A DNA stretch of 64,000 bases, taken from Candidatus Thorarchaeota archaeon. Lineage in GTDB: Archaea; Asgardarchaeota; Thorarchaeia; Thorarchaeales; Thorarchaeaceae. The stretch spans positions 19,337 to 83,336 of the forward strand of contig JBHLQH010000015.1 in NCBI GenBank assembly GCA_048884965.1, given 5' to 3'. The position numbers and the translations under genes were made by a program. Shown here piece by piece: positions 27,862 to 37,379 of the stretch. Numbering within the stretch: position 1 is the first letter of the stretch; each line of letters starts with the position of its first letter. The notes below the pieces were generated by a model. The model had not been told where the DNA came from, did not search any database, and worked only from the letters and a program-made list of their open reading frames with translations.

Positions 27862-28839
27862 CTACAAGGTCTTACCAATCATCTTGACGACTTTTCGATG
27901 CTTTGCAAGGATCTTAATGACCTCTGAATTGGGTACACCTGCAGCCTCTGCAACTTCCTCTGTGGTCCGGGATCCGTTGCATAGATTAAGGATATCAAGG
28001 TCCTCAGAGGGGATTTTCGTGTCATCGCCACTGAACTTGGGACACTTGACAAATTTGCCCATGGTTGATGGAGCTTTCGTGGTGCTACTCGTTACCTCAG
28101 ATACAGGTACATCAACGATACCTTTGGCAGCAGCCCATCTCAAGCATTCACTGATCCTCTCGGTTGGTTGGAACATTGAGTCAGCGATCTGTGTAACATT
28201 CATGCTTCCGTCTACCAACATGAGTACATCAAAACCAAAGTTTCGATATTTTGTTTTCATCTCACTATACAGATCTGAATCGAGTGAGAGTGCATTCGAG
28301 TAGGTAGGACCTCTTTTTGGAACAGTATTCGGTTGGACAATAAAATCATCGGGAGAGCGTTCTACTTCAGCGGGAGGCTCCGGTACAATCACTGGAGTGA
28401 CGGATGTCGTACCCATTGTGAGTTCCTCAGTTGTAGTGGAGGCAGCTTTTATCGCGATGGTTTCTAGGACTTGCAGGTTGTCCTCGGCAGCATCCTCGAA
28501 CTCCTCCGGAGGCGGAGGAAGCTCTATGCCTTCAAGCAGTCGCAGGACGTTCTTTGTCTTTGCAATAGCTAGTCCTAATTGAAGTTCTGGAACATATAGT
28601 ACAGTTAGAATCCAATTTTCATCAACAGGCGATAGTACGACAAGACCCTTTTCTGTATCGATGGTCATGAGTCGTAAATCAGACTTGTATAGATTGATTG
28701 AGTCTTTTACCCGAGGAAAAAGATCATCGGGAAAAGCGAAGCTAACAAAGGGCCTTCCACCTTTTGTCATTAAAGAATATCCAAGTACTTGATCATCAAA
28801 TCGTAACTTGGACAGGGCTCGTTCCAGATCACTTGACAT
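27862..28839 (-). CDS. Roadblock-like domain plus Pro/Thr linker plus two winged helices
   Basis: LERALSKL..DDQVLGYSLMTKGG roadblock start; VLMLVDGSMNVTQIAD and ILNLCNGSRTTEEVAE HTHs. Confidence 0.75.
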   Translation of the reverse strand: MSSDLERALSKLRFDDQVLGYSLMTKGGRPFVSFAFPDDLFPRVKDSINLYKSDLRLMTIDTEKGLVVLSPVDENWILTVLYVPELQLGLAIAKTKNVLRLLEGIELPPPPEEFEDAAEDNLQVLETIAIKAASTTTEELTMGTTSVTPVIVPEPPAEVERSPDDFIVQPNTVPKRGPTYSNALSLDSDLYSEMKTKYRNFGFDVLMLVDGSMNVTQIADSMFQPTERISECLRWAAAKGIVDVPVSEVTSSTTKAPSTMGKFVKCPKFSGDDTKIPSEDLDILNLCNGSRTTEEVAEAAGVPNSEVIKILAKHRKVVKMIGKTL

Positions 28840-29032
28840 TATACCCTACCTCACGGTCTCTGCGGTCACATGGACTTGCACTTACAACATTTATTTCGAA
28901 GGCACTCTGAAAAGCATTGTGGTGGTGTAGCTATACCAAAATGCTGCTCATTTGTCCATACAATACCATATTTCAGAAACCATTAAGAGCTCTTGTAGTA
29001 CGAACCAGTACTAGAAACGAGGCTTAGATAGC

Positions 29033-29620
29033 ATGAGAAACCTATTAGGAGGTATCATCGGCAGCATAGTAGGTGCGAGCTATATCTCGTATACCCTCAT
29101 GCTACCACAACTACTATGGCCAGAATCAGTTTCGTCGATTACTTTCATTCTAGAAGGATCCTTTTGCCTTATGCTGTATGTTGTGCAAACCCCTTACGAT
29201 TATATCATCAGTTGGCTGGCGGCTTGGATGCTAGTTGGCGTAATTATTTCTGTGTTCTCAAAATCAAAATATAACTCAGTAAGAACAGCAATGTGGACTG
29301 GTGTCAGTTTCTTCATTCTGCTTCTTGCAGGAGTATTCATCCAAGACCCGACGTTTTGGCAGAGTACTGAAAGGAATTTCTTTCTCTTGGTGTGGTTCAT
29401 AAGAAGCACTCTTACCTCAATGCTTTCACTTGTTTCAGCGATTCCACTGCTGGTGCTGAAAGAAAAGATGGTAAGTGAAAAGGAGAAAGTACCTCCTGAG
29501 AAGATTGAAACAATTTGTACTTGTGGTGCCACATACAAGTCTAACCCTTTAATCTGTGCTGAGTGTGGAAAATCCTTGCGACCAGTGTCAGCGCTCCCTA
29601 GTGACTCCGCCACCAAGTAA
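29033..29620 (+). CDS. Membrane protein with C-terminal zinc ribbon
   Basis: 4-5 TM, then CTCG..SNPLICAECG. Confidence 0.8.
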   Translation: MRNLLGGIIGSIVGASYISYTLMLPQLLWPESVSSITFILEGSFCLMLYVVQTPYDYIISWLAAWMLVGVIISVFSKSKYNSVRTAMWTGVSFFILLLAGVFIQDPTFWQSTERNFFLLVWFIRSTLTSMLSLVSAIPLLVLKEKMVSEKEKVPPEKIETICTCGATYKSNPLICAECGKSLRPVSALPSDSATK

Positions 29621-30103
29621 GCCACCAATCACTGCAGCAATTGCAGGGAAAATGGAGCTGCTAAGAACGACTTCAAGGATAATCATGGATACATCGCTTA
29701 TCAGAGCTAGAGGGTCTGAGGTAGCAATGAAGAATACGAGCAACCAAGTTAGGAATGCGGCGAGGAACACAGAGAATATCGCAGAGAGAATTCCCTGCAC
29801 GATATCTCGAGTGAGAAGACCAGCCACCAATCCACCGGTCCCCCAGGCAAGGTATGTTAGGACAGTACCACCCTGTGCTCCATAGCCAACATAAGTTCCC
29901 AAATTAACGGATGTCAGACTTGTCGGGAAGAGGATAGTTGAAACAATAGTAAGTTTGAGCTCAAGGTCTGTACGAGACAGAAAATCGTTCACGATTACAG
30001 GATCTATGATCTGAGCAGGAACGAATTGTCCAAGTGTTAGCATTATGAATGTCATAACGAATGCAGCTATCAATCCAGCCAAGATACCAACAATCTGACC
30101 CAT
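29588..30103 (-). CDS. Small Gly-rich 4-TM membrane protein
   Basis: GGLVAGLL, AVIGGLLGG; GAGG RBS. Confidence 0.8.
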   Translation of the reverse strand: MGQIVGILAGLIAAFVMTFIMLTLGQFVPAQIIDPVIVNDFLSRTDLELKLTIVSTILFPTSLTSVNLGTYVGYGAQGGTVLTYLAWGTGGLVAGLLTRDIVQGILSAIFSVFLAAFLTWLLVFFIATSDPLALISDVSMIILEVVLSSSIFPAIAAVIGGLLGGGVTRER

Positions 30104-30163
30104 TCAAATCATCCTCAAATTGATTTTAGAACTGACACCTTTTATGATTATGCCATATGGAAA

Positions 30164-30679
30164 CTAATCTCTGAGCTTCAATGTCCATGTGCAAGCGCTA
30201 TCACCAAGAGCTTTGCATGACTCTTGATACGAGTCTGCATTGAAACCTCTAAGTTCCATCACTGCATCGAAAACACCGCTAATCAAGTTACAGTACTGAA
30301 GTCCGGGCATATCATTAATGACAACTCCTGCACAGATAACACAGTTCTCATCTGTAAACTTGATCACTCGATGATCGTCGCTCATCTCGATACGAGTGAA
30401 TTCTTGCCCAGAGTTGACTTTGTATGCTAATTGCAAAGTATTGGAAAACTCAGCAAATGAAACAGCATGCTGTCTGATTCTGTCAGCATAATCCATGAGA
30501 AGAGTCTCACCAACTTTGAAACCTATGTCCTTCACTTTTTGGTTGATATCATCAACACTTGTGCTACCTGACATAAGCAGATTCATCATCTCTCGATATG
30601 TTGCTTGATAGAGAGTTTTCGATACCTTATCGATCTTTAGTGTCCATGCAAGTTTACCTTTTACGCCCATTACATTCAC
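30164..30679 (-). CDS. Bet3/TRAPPC3-like V4R protein
   Basis: LYQATYREMM..VDDINQKVKDIGFKVGETLLMDY; CVIC; LQYCNLISGVFDAVMEL. Confidence 0.8.
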   Translation of the reverse strand: MNVMGVKGKLAWTLKIDKVSKTLYQATYREMMNLLMSGSTSVDDINQKVKDIGFKVGETLLMDYADRIRQHAVSFAEFSNTLQLAYKVNSGQEFTRIEMSDDHRVIKFTDENCVICAGVVINDMPGLQYCNLISGVFDAVMELRGFNADSYQESCKALGDSACTWTLKLRD

Positions 30680-31603
30680 CTACTTCGACTTTCGTATGAA
30701 TTGCACTGATTTGCCCCGATAGGGTACAAGACATTGCAGCGCCTGAAAGTAGAGTATTCCCAACTGGTCTGCGATTTCATGGAGAGTTCTATTTCCATCA
30801 CATAGTTCAATGACTGCACGATGCTCTTTCTTGACCTTCTTCAAGTCCCCGTCAAATATTGGAAGTTCTACAATCTCCTTCTCTCCCAGAGATTGTTCCT
30901 CTGGGCATTCGACCTTGACGATGTGTCGAGAAACGCACCACTTTACAATGGTAATTGCGCTTTCAACGGTTCGATCAAGACTTTGAGCTATTTTGAAAAC
31001 AGTTCGTTTCTCATCCACCATCATGAGAAGATCCATGGCACGATTCGCAAAGTTATCCTTAATCTCTTGATATAACGTAGAGTCAATACGCATTGCCTCT
31101 GGATATCTAGTGCCTTTATGTACGATGCAACCATGTCTTACCTCAATGGTTTCGAGAGGAATTAGTTCTTCAGGGACGGTAGATTTGGTTGCTGAAACCT
31201 CCACAGAATCTGGGATTGGGGGGGCTACAGTTGCTGTTTCCTCAGGAGGTGGGGAGGGTATTGGCTCTATCACTTTGGGGGGAGGAGGTAAATCTACATC
31301 TTCCATAAGTTCCAAAACATTCTGGGTCTTCTGAAGGGCACTTCCCAATGACTCATCACTAAGGAAGAGGACTCCCAAAACCCAATTCTTGTCGACTCGA
31401 GCAAGAATTACAATGCCCTCTCCTGTCATCACGTTCATGAGTTTCATTGAACTTGAATGAATCCTCATGGTTCCCCGAATAACTGGAATTATCTCATCTG
31501 GCAATGAAAAGGAAAGGAAAGGTGCTCCATCGTTCGTAAATAGAGCATATCCTCTGACAGACTCATCGTATCTGAGTTTTGTGAGGACTCGCTCCAGTTC
31601 CAT
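30680..31603 (-). CDS. Roadblock-like domain plus polyproline linker plus two winged helices (paralog of 27862..28839)
   Basis: LERVLTKLRYDESVRGYALFTNDG; LPPPP; LLMMVDEKRTVFKIAQ; VIELCDGNRTLHEIAD. Confidence 0.75.
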   Translation of the reverse strand: MELERVLTKLRYDESVRGYALFTNDGAPFLSFSLPDEIIPVIRGTMRIHSSSMKLMNVMTGEGIVILARVDKNWVLGVLFLSDESLGSALQKTQNVLELMEDVDLPPPPKVIEPIPSPPPEETATVAPPIPDSVEVSATKSTVPEELIPLETIEVRHGCIVHKGTRYPEAMRIDSTLYQEIKDNFANRAMDLLMMVDEKRTVFKIAQSLDRTVESAITIVKWCVSRHIVKVECPEEQSLGEKEIVELPIFDGDLKKVKKEHRAVIELCDGNRTLHEIADQLGILYFQALQCLVPYRGKSVQFIRKSK

Positions 31604-31648
31604 TTTCTGCAGACATCCCTATTGTTGCGAATACAACGCACAGTAATC

Positions 31649-32752
31649 TCATCTAAGCTTAAGTAATTTTGTGCCATTTGCGGATAGAGAGGGGTATGTT
31701 TCAAGAAAAGAGATAACTTGATGCAAGGTAGGATGCTCTGCGGTACCAAATGAAACATAGAGAGCGGCAACTGCATTTGCCAGGACCAAGCGCTCATCGT
31801 GGGGCAGATTTGATAGAAGACCATAGATTGAACCTGCATTCCATGCATCTCCAGCACCACAAAGAATCTTTGATTCCATCTCAAAAGAGGGTTGCATCGC
31901 GATCTGATCAGCTTTGATGCTTGCGGAATAATAGGGTGTATGCAAATCCGATCTGACACCCGTCTCATTTGAAATCAACTCAGCAGCCAAGATCCACTTG
32001 TCAGGGTGCTTTACATTCCCCCGCCATGCCTCATTATTCCCACTTAATGCCCATGCAAACCATCCTGCTTCATTTTCATTCATCCCAAGAACGTCAACTA
32101 GTCCATCAGCAATGACATGCTTTATGATAGGGCTTAGCTTCTCAGGCTTTCCGGAGGGGTCACCGATGTCCAAGAAGGTAATGGCATTGCTACTCTCTCG
32201 GACATATTTAAACAGGTTTTGTGCTAATTCAAGTGCCTTTGAGTTGTGATTAAGATTGAGCAGGCATACCAACCCACTGTCAGAAATTGCATTCAAATCA
32301 TCTTCTGTCAAATCATCGAAGCTGAAGCTTGATGCGGAGCCGCTATCACTAACCATTAGATTGACTCTACGATGGTCATACTCGAGTTCTATAGAAACCG
32401 TCGCGGATAATCGTCCATCAGTGTGGACATGATCTAGATTCAGATCAGGATGAACTAAGGATTCCAACAGCTTCTTCCCCTGCTCATCGGTCGTTACGAT
32501 TAGTGTAGGATCTGCGCCTAATGCATGCAGTGCTGCAGCAGTATTAGCAGAATTTCCGCCCCTTCGTACAAGATGCTTTGAGCCAAGGAGATTTCCGCCA
32601 CCTTGCCTTGCAATTGACTCAATACCCTCGATGAATTTCTCAAAGGTGTCGGTGATTACAAAATGATCCAGAAAGAAGTCTGGCAGGATTACGGGCTGAT
32701 TGAATGGAACAGGATTTGATAGTCTATCAATGAGGGCTTTGTAAGTCTTCAT
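31649..32752 (-). CDS. PfkB-family carbohydrate kinase
   Basis: GGNSANTAAAL, LGMNENEA, CGAGDAWNAG. Confidence 0.9.
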   Translation of the reverse strand: MKTYKALIDRLSNPVPFNQPVILPDFFLDHFVITDTFEKFIEGIESIARQGGGNLLGSKHLVRRGGNSANTAAALHALGADPTLIVTTDEQGKKLLESLVHPDLNLDHVHTDGRLSATVSIELEYDHRRVNLMVSDSGSASSFSFDDLTEDDLNAISDSGLVCLLNLNHNSKALELAQNLFKYVRESSNAITFLDIGDPSGKPEKLSPIIKHVIADGLVDVLGMNENEAGWFAWALSGNNEAWRGNVKHPDKWILAAELISNETGVRSDLHTPYYSASIKADQIAMQPSFEMESKILCGAGDAWNAGSIYGLLSNLPHDERLVLANAVAALYVSFGTAEHPTLHQVISFLETYPSLSANGTKLLKLR

Positions 32753-32780
32753 AGTGCCCTCATTGGAACCGTTTGCACTC

Positions 32781-33227
32781 TTAGACTTTGTTAAGGGCTG
32801 CCTTAACCATTGCCATCAATCGGTCCTCATCGATTCCAGATTTCTTGGCAACTTTGTCAATCTCACAATATGCAAGATCCTCAAGACTGGATATTCCTGC
32901 GGCAGCTAAAGCTTCAGCGTCAGCCTTCTTGATAATCTTCAACGAGGAGAGTTCAGTGATTGCATCAGAAATGCTCGGTTTGGTTTCTTCCTCAGCAATA
33001 AGTGCCTCAACAAGCTCTTCCATTTCCTTGATGTAGGTCTTCAGAATCTCAACATTTTCAGGATGTAGTGTCTTTCTTCGAACGTCCACCAATAGTCCCA
33101 TATCACGGGCTTCCTTTATTGTGAGCCCAGATTCCTTTAGCTCTCCGCTAGTAAAACCTCGTCCTCTACGGGGCTTGGCATCATTGGGGGATTTCACAAA
33201 GGGTTCTGCAGTAACGTCGAAGCTCAT
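32781..33227 (-). CDS. rpl13e: 50S ribosomal protein L13e with C-terminal HhH-like extension
   Basis: RRGRGFTSGELKESGL..ARDMGLLVDVRRKT.H.ENV. Confidence 0.9.
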   Translation of the reverse strand: MSFDVTAEPFVKSPNDAKPRRGRGFTSGELKESGLTIKEARDMGLLVDVRRKTLHPENVEILKTYIKEMEELVEALIAEEETKPSISDAITELSSLKIIKKADAEALAAAGISSLEDLAYCEIDKVAKKSGIDEDRLMAMVKAALNKV

Positions 33228-33364
33228 ACGATAACCACCTGACTCGGCTCAACCTTCAGGGTTGCCTTATTAGCCTTTCGAGATGGACATGTTCTGATGG
33301 CTCATTGTAACTAGGGGTAAAATGCATAATCTATGTCATTCTAGCTAGTAGGGTATGTCTGAAC

Positions 33365-33399
33365 AAAAAAAGGGAGGATGGTAGGAGAAGTCCTACCAT
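33365..33399 (-). terminator. Intrinsic terminator
   Basis: Perfect 9-bp hairpin ATGGTAGGA-GAAG-TCCTACCAT (33378-33399), followed on the - strand by a T7 tract. Confidence 0.7.
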
Positions 33400-33410
33400 T
33401 TGATCAAGAA

Positions 33411-34526
33411 TCAATCCTGCCAATCCATAGACTCGAAGTCTCTATACTTTTGCCACTGAATCGCACCTGCAATTCCCGCAACACCTAACAGTGAAGCTAT
33501 GAAAACAGCTATATTCTGGTAGACATCGAAAGCATCTGCAAAGAACCAGAACCATAGTGCAAGGGTTATCACCCAAGCAAAGGTGAGACCTATAGAGAAC
33601 CAACTCTCGGGCCCCTCGTCTCTTGTTCTAGCCCATGAGTACCATATTGCGATGACTAGACCGCTGAATATGGCTAGCGATATGAGAACTGCTGAAGCAT
33701 TCTGGTAACCGGAGTATGAGTCTGCGATAAACCACATCCAAAGGACCAGTGAAAGTATCCAAACATACAACAAGCCAACAGTAGCTTTAGGCCTCTTTCC
33801 TGTCGTGACTTCTCCATCTATGGCAATCTGCATATCGCCCCACCAGGGAGATATCACGACAATTAGCATCAACAGAATAGATGCAACAACAATCGCAATT
33901 GACTGGTAGTAGGTAATACTGTAAATAGTCTCAGAGAAATTGTTCGCAAATGGAAGCCAGAGTACAATGAAAATCAACCAGATTATTGCAGCAGAACCGC
34001 TTATCCTAGCATCTCCTTCATCTCCGTGTTTCGGTACCCAGAGTAGCATGTTCAATAGACCAACAAATAGTAGGGATGCTATGGCAATTCCAACGTTCTC
34101 ATAGAATCCAAAACCTGTGGCAAAGAAGATAATCCACACTATCAGGAAGATGATCCATCCAAATCCGCTAATAGCGCTTGCCTGAGGTCGCCTTCCCTCT
34201 ATGGAAGGTATCCAGATCAAGGTGATTATTGCACCTATTACTAATAGGGCAATGAACACAACAGCTATATTCTCAAGGATATTGTAATTGACTGCAAAGA
34301 AGAACAACCAGATTATCGTGAATATTACCCAAGCAATAAATCCGGTCGTTGTAGCGTATTCCTTGCCCTTAGATTGTCGTCTGCGTGTCCTACGTCGCCG
34401 TCTGATCACTTTTTCTTCATCATTATCGTTATTCGCTAAACCAGATGCGTCTTCAGTAGCATCTTCATCAATTGGTTTCATCTTGCTAAACCTCTTTTCA
34501 ACTAAGCAGCCAATGGCCAATTCCAC
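33411..34526 (-). CDS. Polytopic membrane protein built from five internal repeats
   Basis: Repeated W..F..W..FFA...Y[EQ]N.A motif; Arg-rich N-terminus. Confidence 0.8.
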   Translation of the reverse strand: MELAIGCLVEKRFSKMKPIDEDATEDASGLANNDNDEEKVIRRRRRTRRRQSKGKEYATTTGFIAWVIFTIIWLFFFAVNYNILENIAVVFIALLVIGAIITLIWIPSIEGRRPQASAISGFGWIIFLIVWIIFFATGFGFYENVGIAIASLLFVGLLNMLLWVPKHGDEGDARISGSAAIIWLIFIVLWLPFANNFSETIYSITYYQSIAIVVASILLMLIVVISPWWGDMQIAIDGEVTTGKRPKATVGLLYVWILSLVLWMWFIADSYSGYQNASAVLISLAIFSGLVIAIWYSWARTRDEGPESWFSIGLTFAWVITLALWFWFFADAFDVYQNIAVFIASLLGVAGIAGAIQWQKYRDFESMDWQD

Positions 34527-34765
34527 TGACTACTCGCCGTAACAACTGCATCATACCTCTACATTTCGCTATATAAAACAGGGGCACAACTTGAGGACAC
34601 AACAAGTGACTATTGTGGAACTCCAAGCGGGGTACATCATGCCATTTTGCGATCAACCGATCTACAACAAGAGAGAACAGAATGCACAGAAATTCTGAGT
34701 ACAGTGTCACCGTAGGCATGCTTGGAAACAATAATAGCAAGCAGCAATTCCCTTTGGGTTGCGAT

Positions 34766-35590
34766 TCAGAAATTATCCAAGGTCGTTTGCTGACGTGACA
34801 GCATCTTCTTCATTCGCTGAAGCTTCTGGTCTTGTTGTGGAGTACTCATCTCCAAGAGCTGGAGCATCTGTAATGCATTGAATGGAGCATATCCAAAGAA
34901 ATGATTGTTGAAATATCCTACAACTGCATCAGTTTGCTCCAGAATGTGACCAATATGAGGTTTCCATGATTCCAGCTCCTCCAGTGAGTATCGATATTTG
35001 TACCAAATATCCTCTCCATGACCATGCCAGCGAATATAGGAAAAATCTGTAGTAACACGTGTGTCTATTGGCAACCTAGGCTCATCGACAATGCAGTGTG
35101 CTATATTATACGTTTCAAGAAGGCTCCAAGTGTTCGAGGTCAACCAGCTTTCATGGCGGAATTCGATAGCATATCGATATGTGGGCTCTAGTGTAGATAG
35201 GAACGTTTCCAAATCCCCCATTGAACTGATCTCCCACGGCGGTAGTTGGATGAGCAGTGCCTCAATACGAGATTGCAATGGTTTCATGCGTTCGAAGAAT
35301 TCGTTTAGGATTGATTCGCCCTCACCAATCAATTGCAGCCTATTCTCGTGAGTCACTGATTTCGGTATTTTGGCAGTGAAGAACTTGTCCGGGGCAATAT
35401 GAGTACTCAGTGATTCTACCACTTTCTGGCTTGGAATTGCGTAGAATGACGAGTTAATCTCAGCTGTGTCGAAATAGGAAAAGTATTGCTGCATCATTGA
35501 GGTAGCAGAATGATAGAATACTCCCTTCCAGTCTTCTTTGTAAGACCAACCACTCGTACCTATATGCAGTCCTTTCCTCATCGTACTCAA
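34766..35590 (-). CDS. DUF72 (YecE-like) protein
   Basis: IGTSGWSY..W.GVFY, EINSSFY, QLPP, EFRHESW, YIRWHG, YFNN. Confidence 0.9.
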   Translation of the reverse strand: MSTMRKGLHIGTSGWSYKEDWKGVFYHSATSMMQQYFSYFDTAEINSSFYAIPSQKVVESLSTHIAPDKFFTAKIPKSVTHENRLQLIGEGESILNEFFERMKPLQSRIEALLIQLPPWEISSMGDLETFLSTLEPTYRYAIEFRHESWLTSNTWSLLETYNIAHCIVDEPRLPIDTRVTTDFSYIRWHGHGEDIWYKYRYSLEELESWKPHIGHILEQTDAVVGYFNNHFFGYAPFNALQMLQLLEMSTPQQDQKLQRMKKMLSRQQTTLDNF

Positions 35591-35683
35591 TCATCCTAAT
35601 GCATCATCATGGTTTGTGTCTTGCGCATGAGCTATCCTTCGTTGAACATGAAGTTCAAAAGGGTTTAGACTTCGTGTCATATC

Positions 35684-36004
35684 GTGCAGACAATGAAGGC
35701 AGAAGAAGTTAAGGTAGAATTCGAAAACCTAGAGATCCATATGGGCGAATTCAATGAGAAGAAATTCAAGATGAAGTGCAGCATAGAGTACGAAGACCTC
35801 ATGCTTATTATGGACGGAGGAAAAAGGACAGCCAGACTTCATGCACGCAATATCGGAAATGTCCATCTTGAGAAGAAAGGAATCAGGATAGCCGCGATGA
35901 ATTTTGAAATCAAGGACGGCGAAGATGTTAGTGTCGCAACCGGTTCGATTCGGCTAGAACTTGATGATGACGCAGAGGCATGGTACAAGGAGCTCTGGGG
36001 ATAG
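35684..36004 (+). CDS. Small beta-rich hypothetical protein (possible PH-like fold)
   Basis: 106-aa ORF ending in the helix DAEAWYKEL. Confidence 0.7.
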   Translation: MQTMKAEEVKVEFENLEIHMGEFNEKKFKMKCSIEYEDLMLIMDGGKRTARLHARNIGNVHLEKKGIRIAAMNFEIKDGEDVSVATGSIRLELDDDAEAWYKELWG

Positions 36005-36044
36005 ATTAGCTCACAGAGCAGGTTTTTAATAGCTGTTCGTAGGG

Positions 36045-37379
36045 GTGTTTTTGCCTGCGGCGCAGGGGCTTGATGACATGTCGGAAAAAATTAGATACGT
36101 GGAATTCAGGATAATAGACATTCTGGGCAGACTAAAAGCGATGATTGTACCTTGCAATCCAGTGGATACTATTGAAGAGCTTCGAAAGGATCCCATACTA
36201 GTTGATGGAACAAGTATTGATGGAAGCTCTATCATAGGATTATCAAGGGTGGAGGCCTCAGATCTCAGACTAGATCCCGATATGTCTTCATTGATTGAAT
36301 TGCCTTATACATTCAATAGAACAGCAGCAATCATGTGCTTTGTGAGAGAGAAGGGGGTTGAAGATGGCGACTTCCTTCCGACTGATACCAGAGGGGTTCT
36401 TCACAAGGTATGTAGGAACCTTCTTTCAGAGGACATGTCATTAAAGACCAAAGTCGAACCTGAATTTCATTTTGTTACTCCTGATGGACACAAGTTCGAT
36501 AAAGCACAATATGCAGATACATTCCCGGGCAATCCAGGAGCTGAGGTGCTCCTAGAAATCGCCAATCTCATTCAAGATATTGGTGTTGAAGTGAGAGTCG
36601 TACATCATGAGGTGGGTGAGTCTCAGCAGGAGATCGAACTCGCATTTGCGGACATCAGAAAGATGGCTGACGATCTAGTGGCATTCAAGAACATAGCTAG
36701 AGCTGCGGCTCAGGACGCTGGCATTGAGATTAACTTCATGCCCAAACCTTTTGCAGGGGCGGCTGGAAGTGGATTACATTGTCATCTTCAGCTATGGAAA
36801 GGCAATAAGAATCTGTTCGGTGTTGAAGGAACAGCTGAACTTTCTGAAACAGCCAAGAGCTTTGTGGCAGGCCTCTTAGAACATGCACCTGCCATTACTG
36901 CAATCGCAAATCCAACTGTAAACTCATACAAACGATTAGTACCACATCATGAAGCCCCAGTCTATATTTCATGGGGATTGATGAATCGGACTGTATTGGT
37001 CAGGGTTCCTCTCTTCACTTCAAGCAAGAAAGCTGCTATCGAATTCAGGTCTCCAGATCCACTGGCAAATCCATACCTTCTATTCGCTGCACTCTTAGCC
37101 GCTGGAATGGACGGAGTGAATCGAAAACTCACACCTCCCGAACCTCGAAGCGAAGATATCTTCACATTCTCTGCCAAAGAGATGGACGCCCATGGAATAA
37201 CAGCTTTACCAGAGAATCTTGGAGAATCCCTAAGAGCCTTGAAGCAAGATGAAGTGATTAGAGCCGCACTTGGTGAGGAGATTGTGCAGAGATTCATTGA
37301 TCTCAAGATGCGAGAATGGGAGGATTATACTGGAGAGGTCGTGACAAACTGGGAATGGGAAACTTATTCGGACCTATAG
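36045..37379 (+). CDS. glnA: Glutamine synthetase type I
   Basis: DGSSI, EPEF, HHEV..QQEI, FMPKP..GSGLHCH, NSYKRLVP..EAP, NR..RVP, EFRSPD. Confidence 0.9.
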   Translation: MFLPAAQGLDDMSEKIRYVEFRIIDILGRLKAMIVPCNPVDTIEELRKDPILVDGTSIDGSSIIGLSRVEASDLRLDPDMSSLIELPYTFNRTAAIMCFVREKGVEDGDFLPTDTRGVLHKVCRNLLSEDMSLKTKVEPEFHFVTPDGHKFDKAQYADTFPGNPGAEVLLEIANLIQDIGVEVRVVHHEVGESQQEIELAFADIRKMADDLVAFKNIARAAAQDAGIEINFMPKPFAGAAGSGLHCHLQLWKGNKNLFGVEGTAELSETAKSFVAGLLEHAPAITAIANPTVNSYKRLVPHHEAPVYISWGLMNRTVLVRVPLFTSSKKAAIEFRSPDPLANPYLLFAALLAAGMDGVNRKLTPPEPRSEDIFTFSAKEMDAHGITALPENLGESLRALKQDEVIRAALGEEIVQRFIDLKMREWEDYTGEVVTNWEWETYSDL

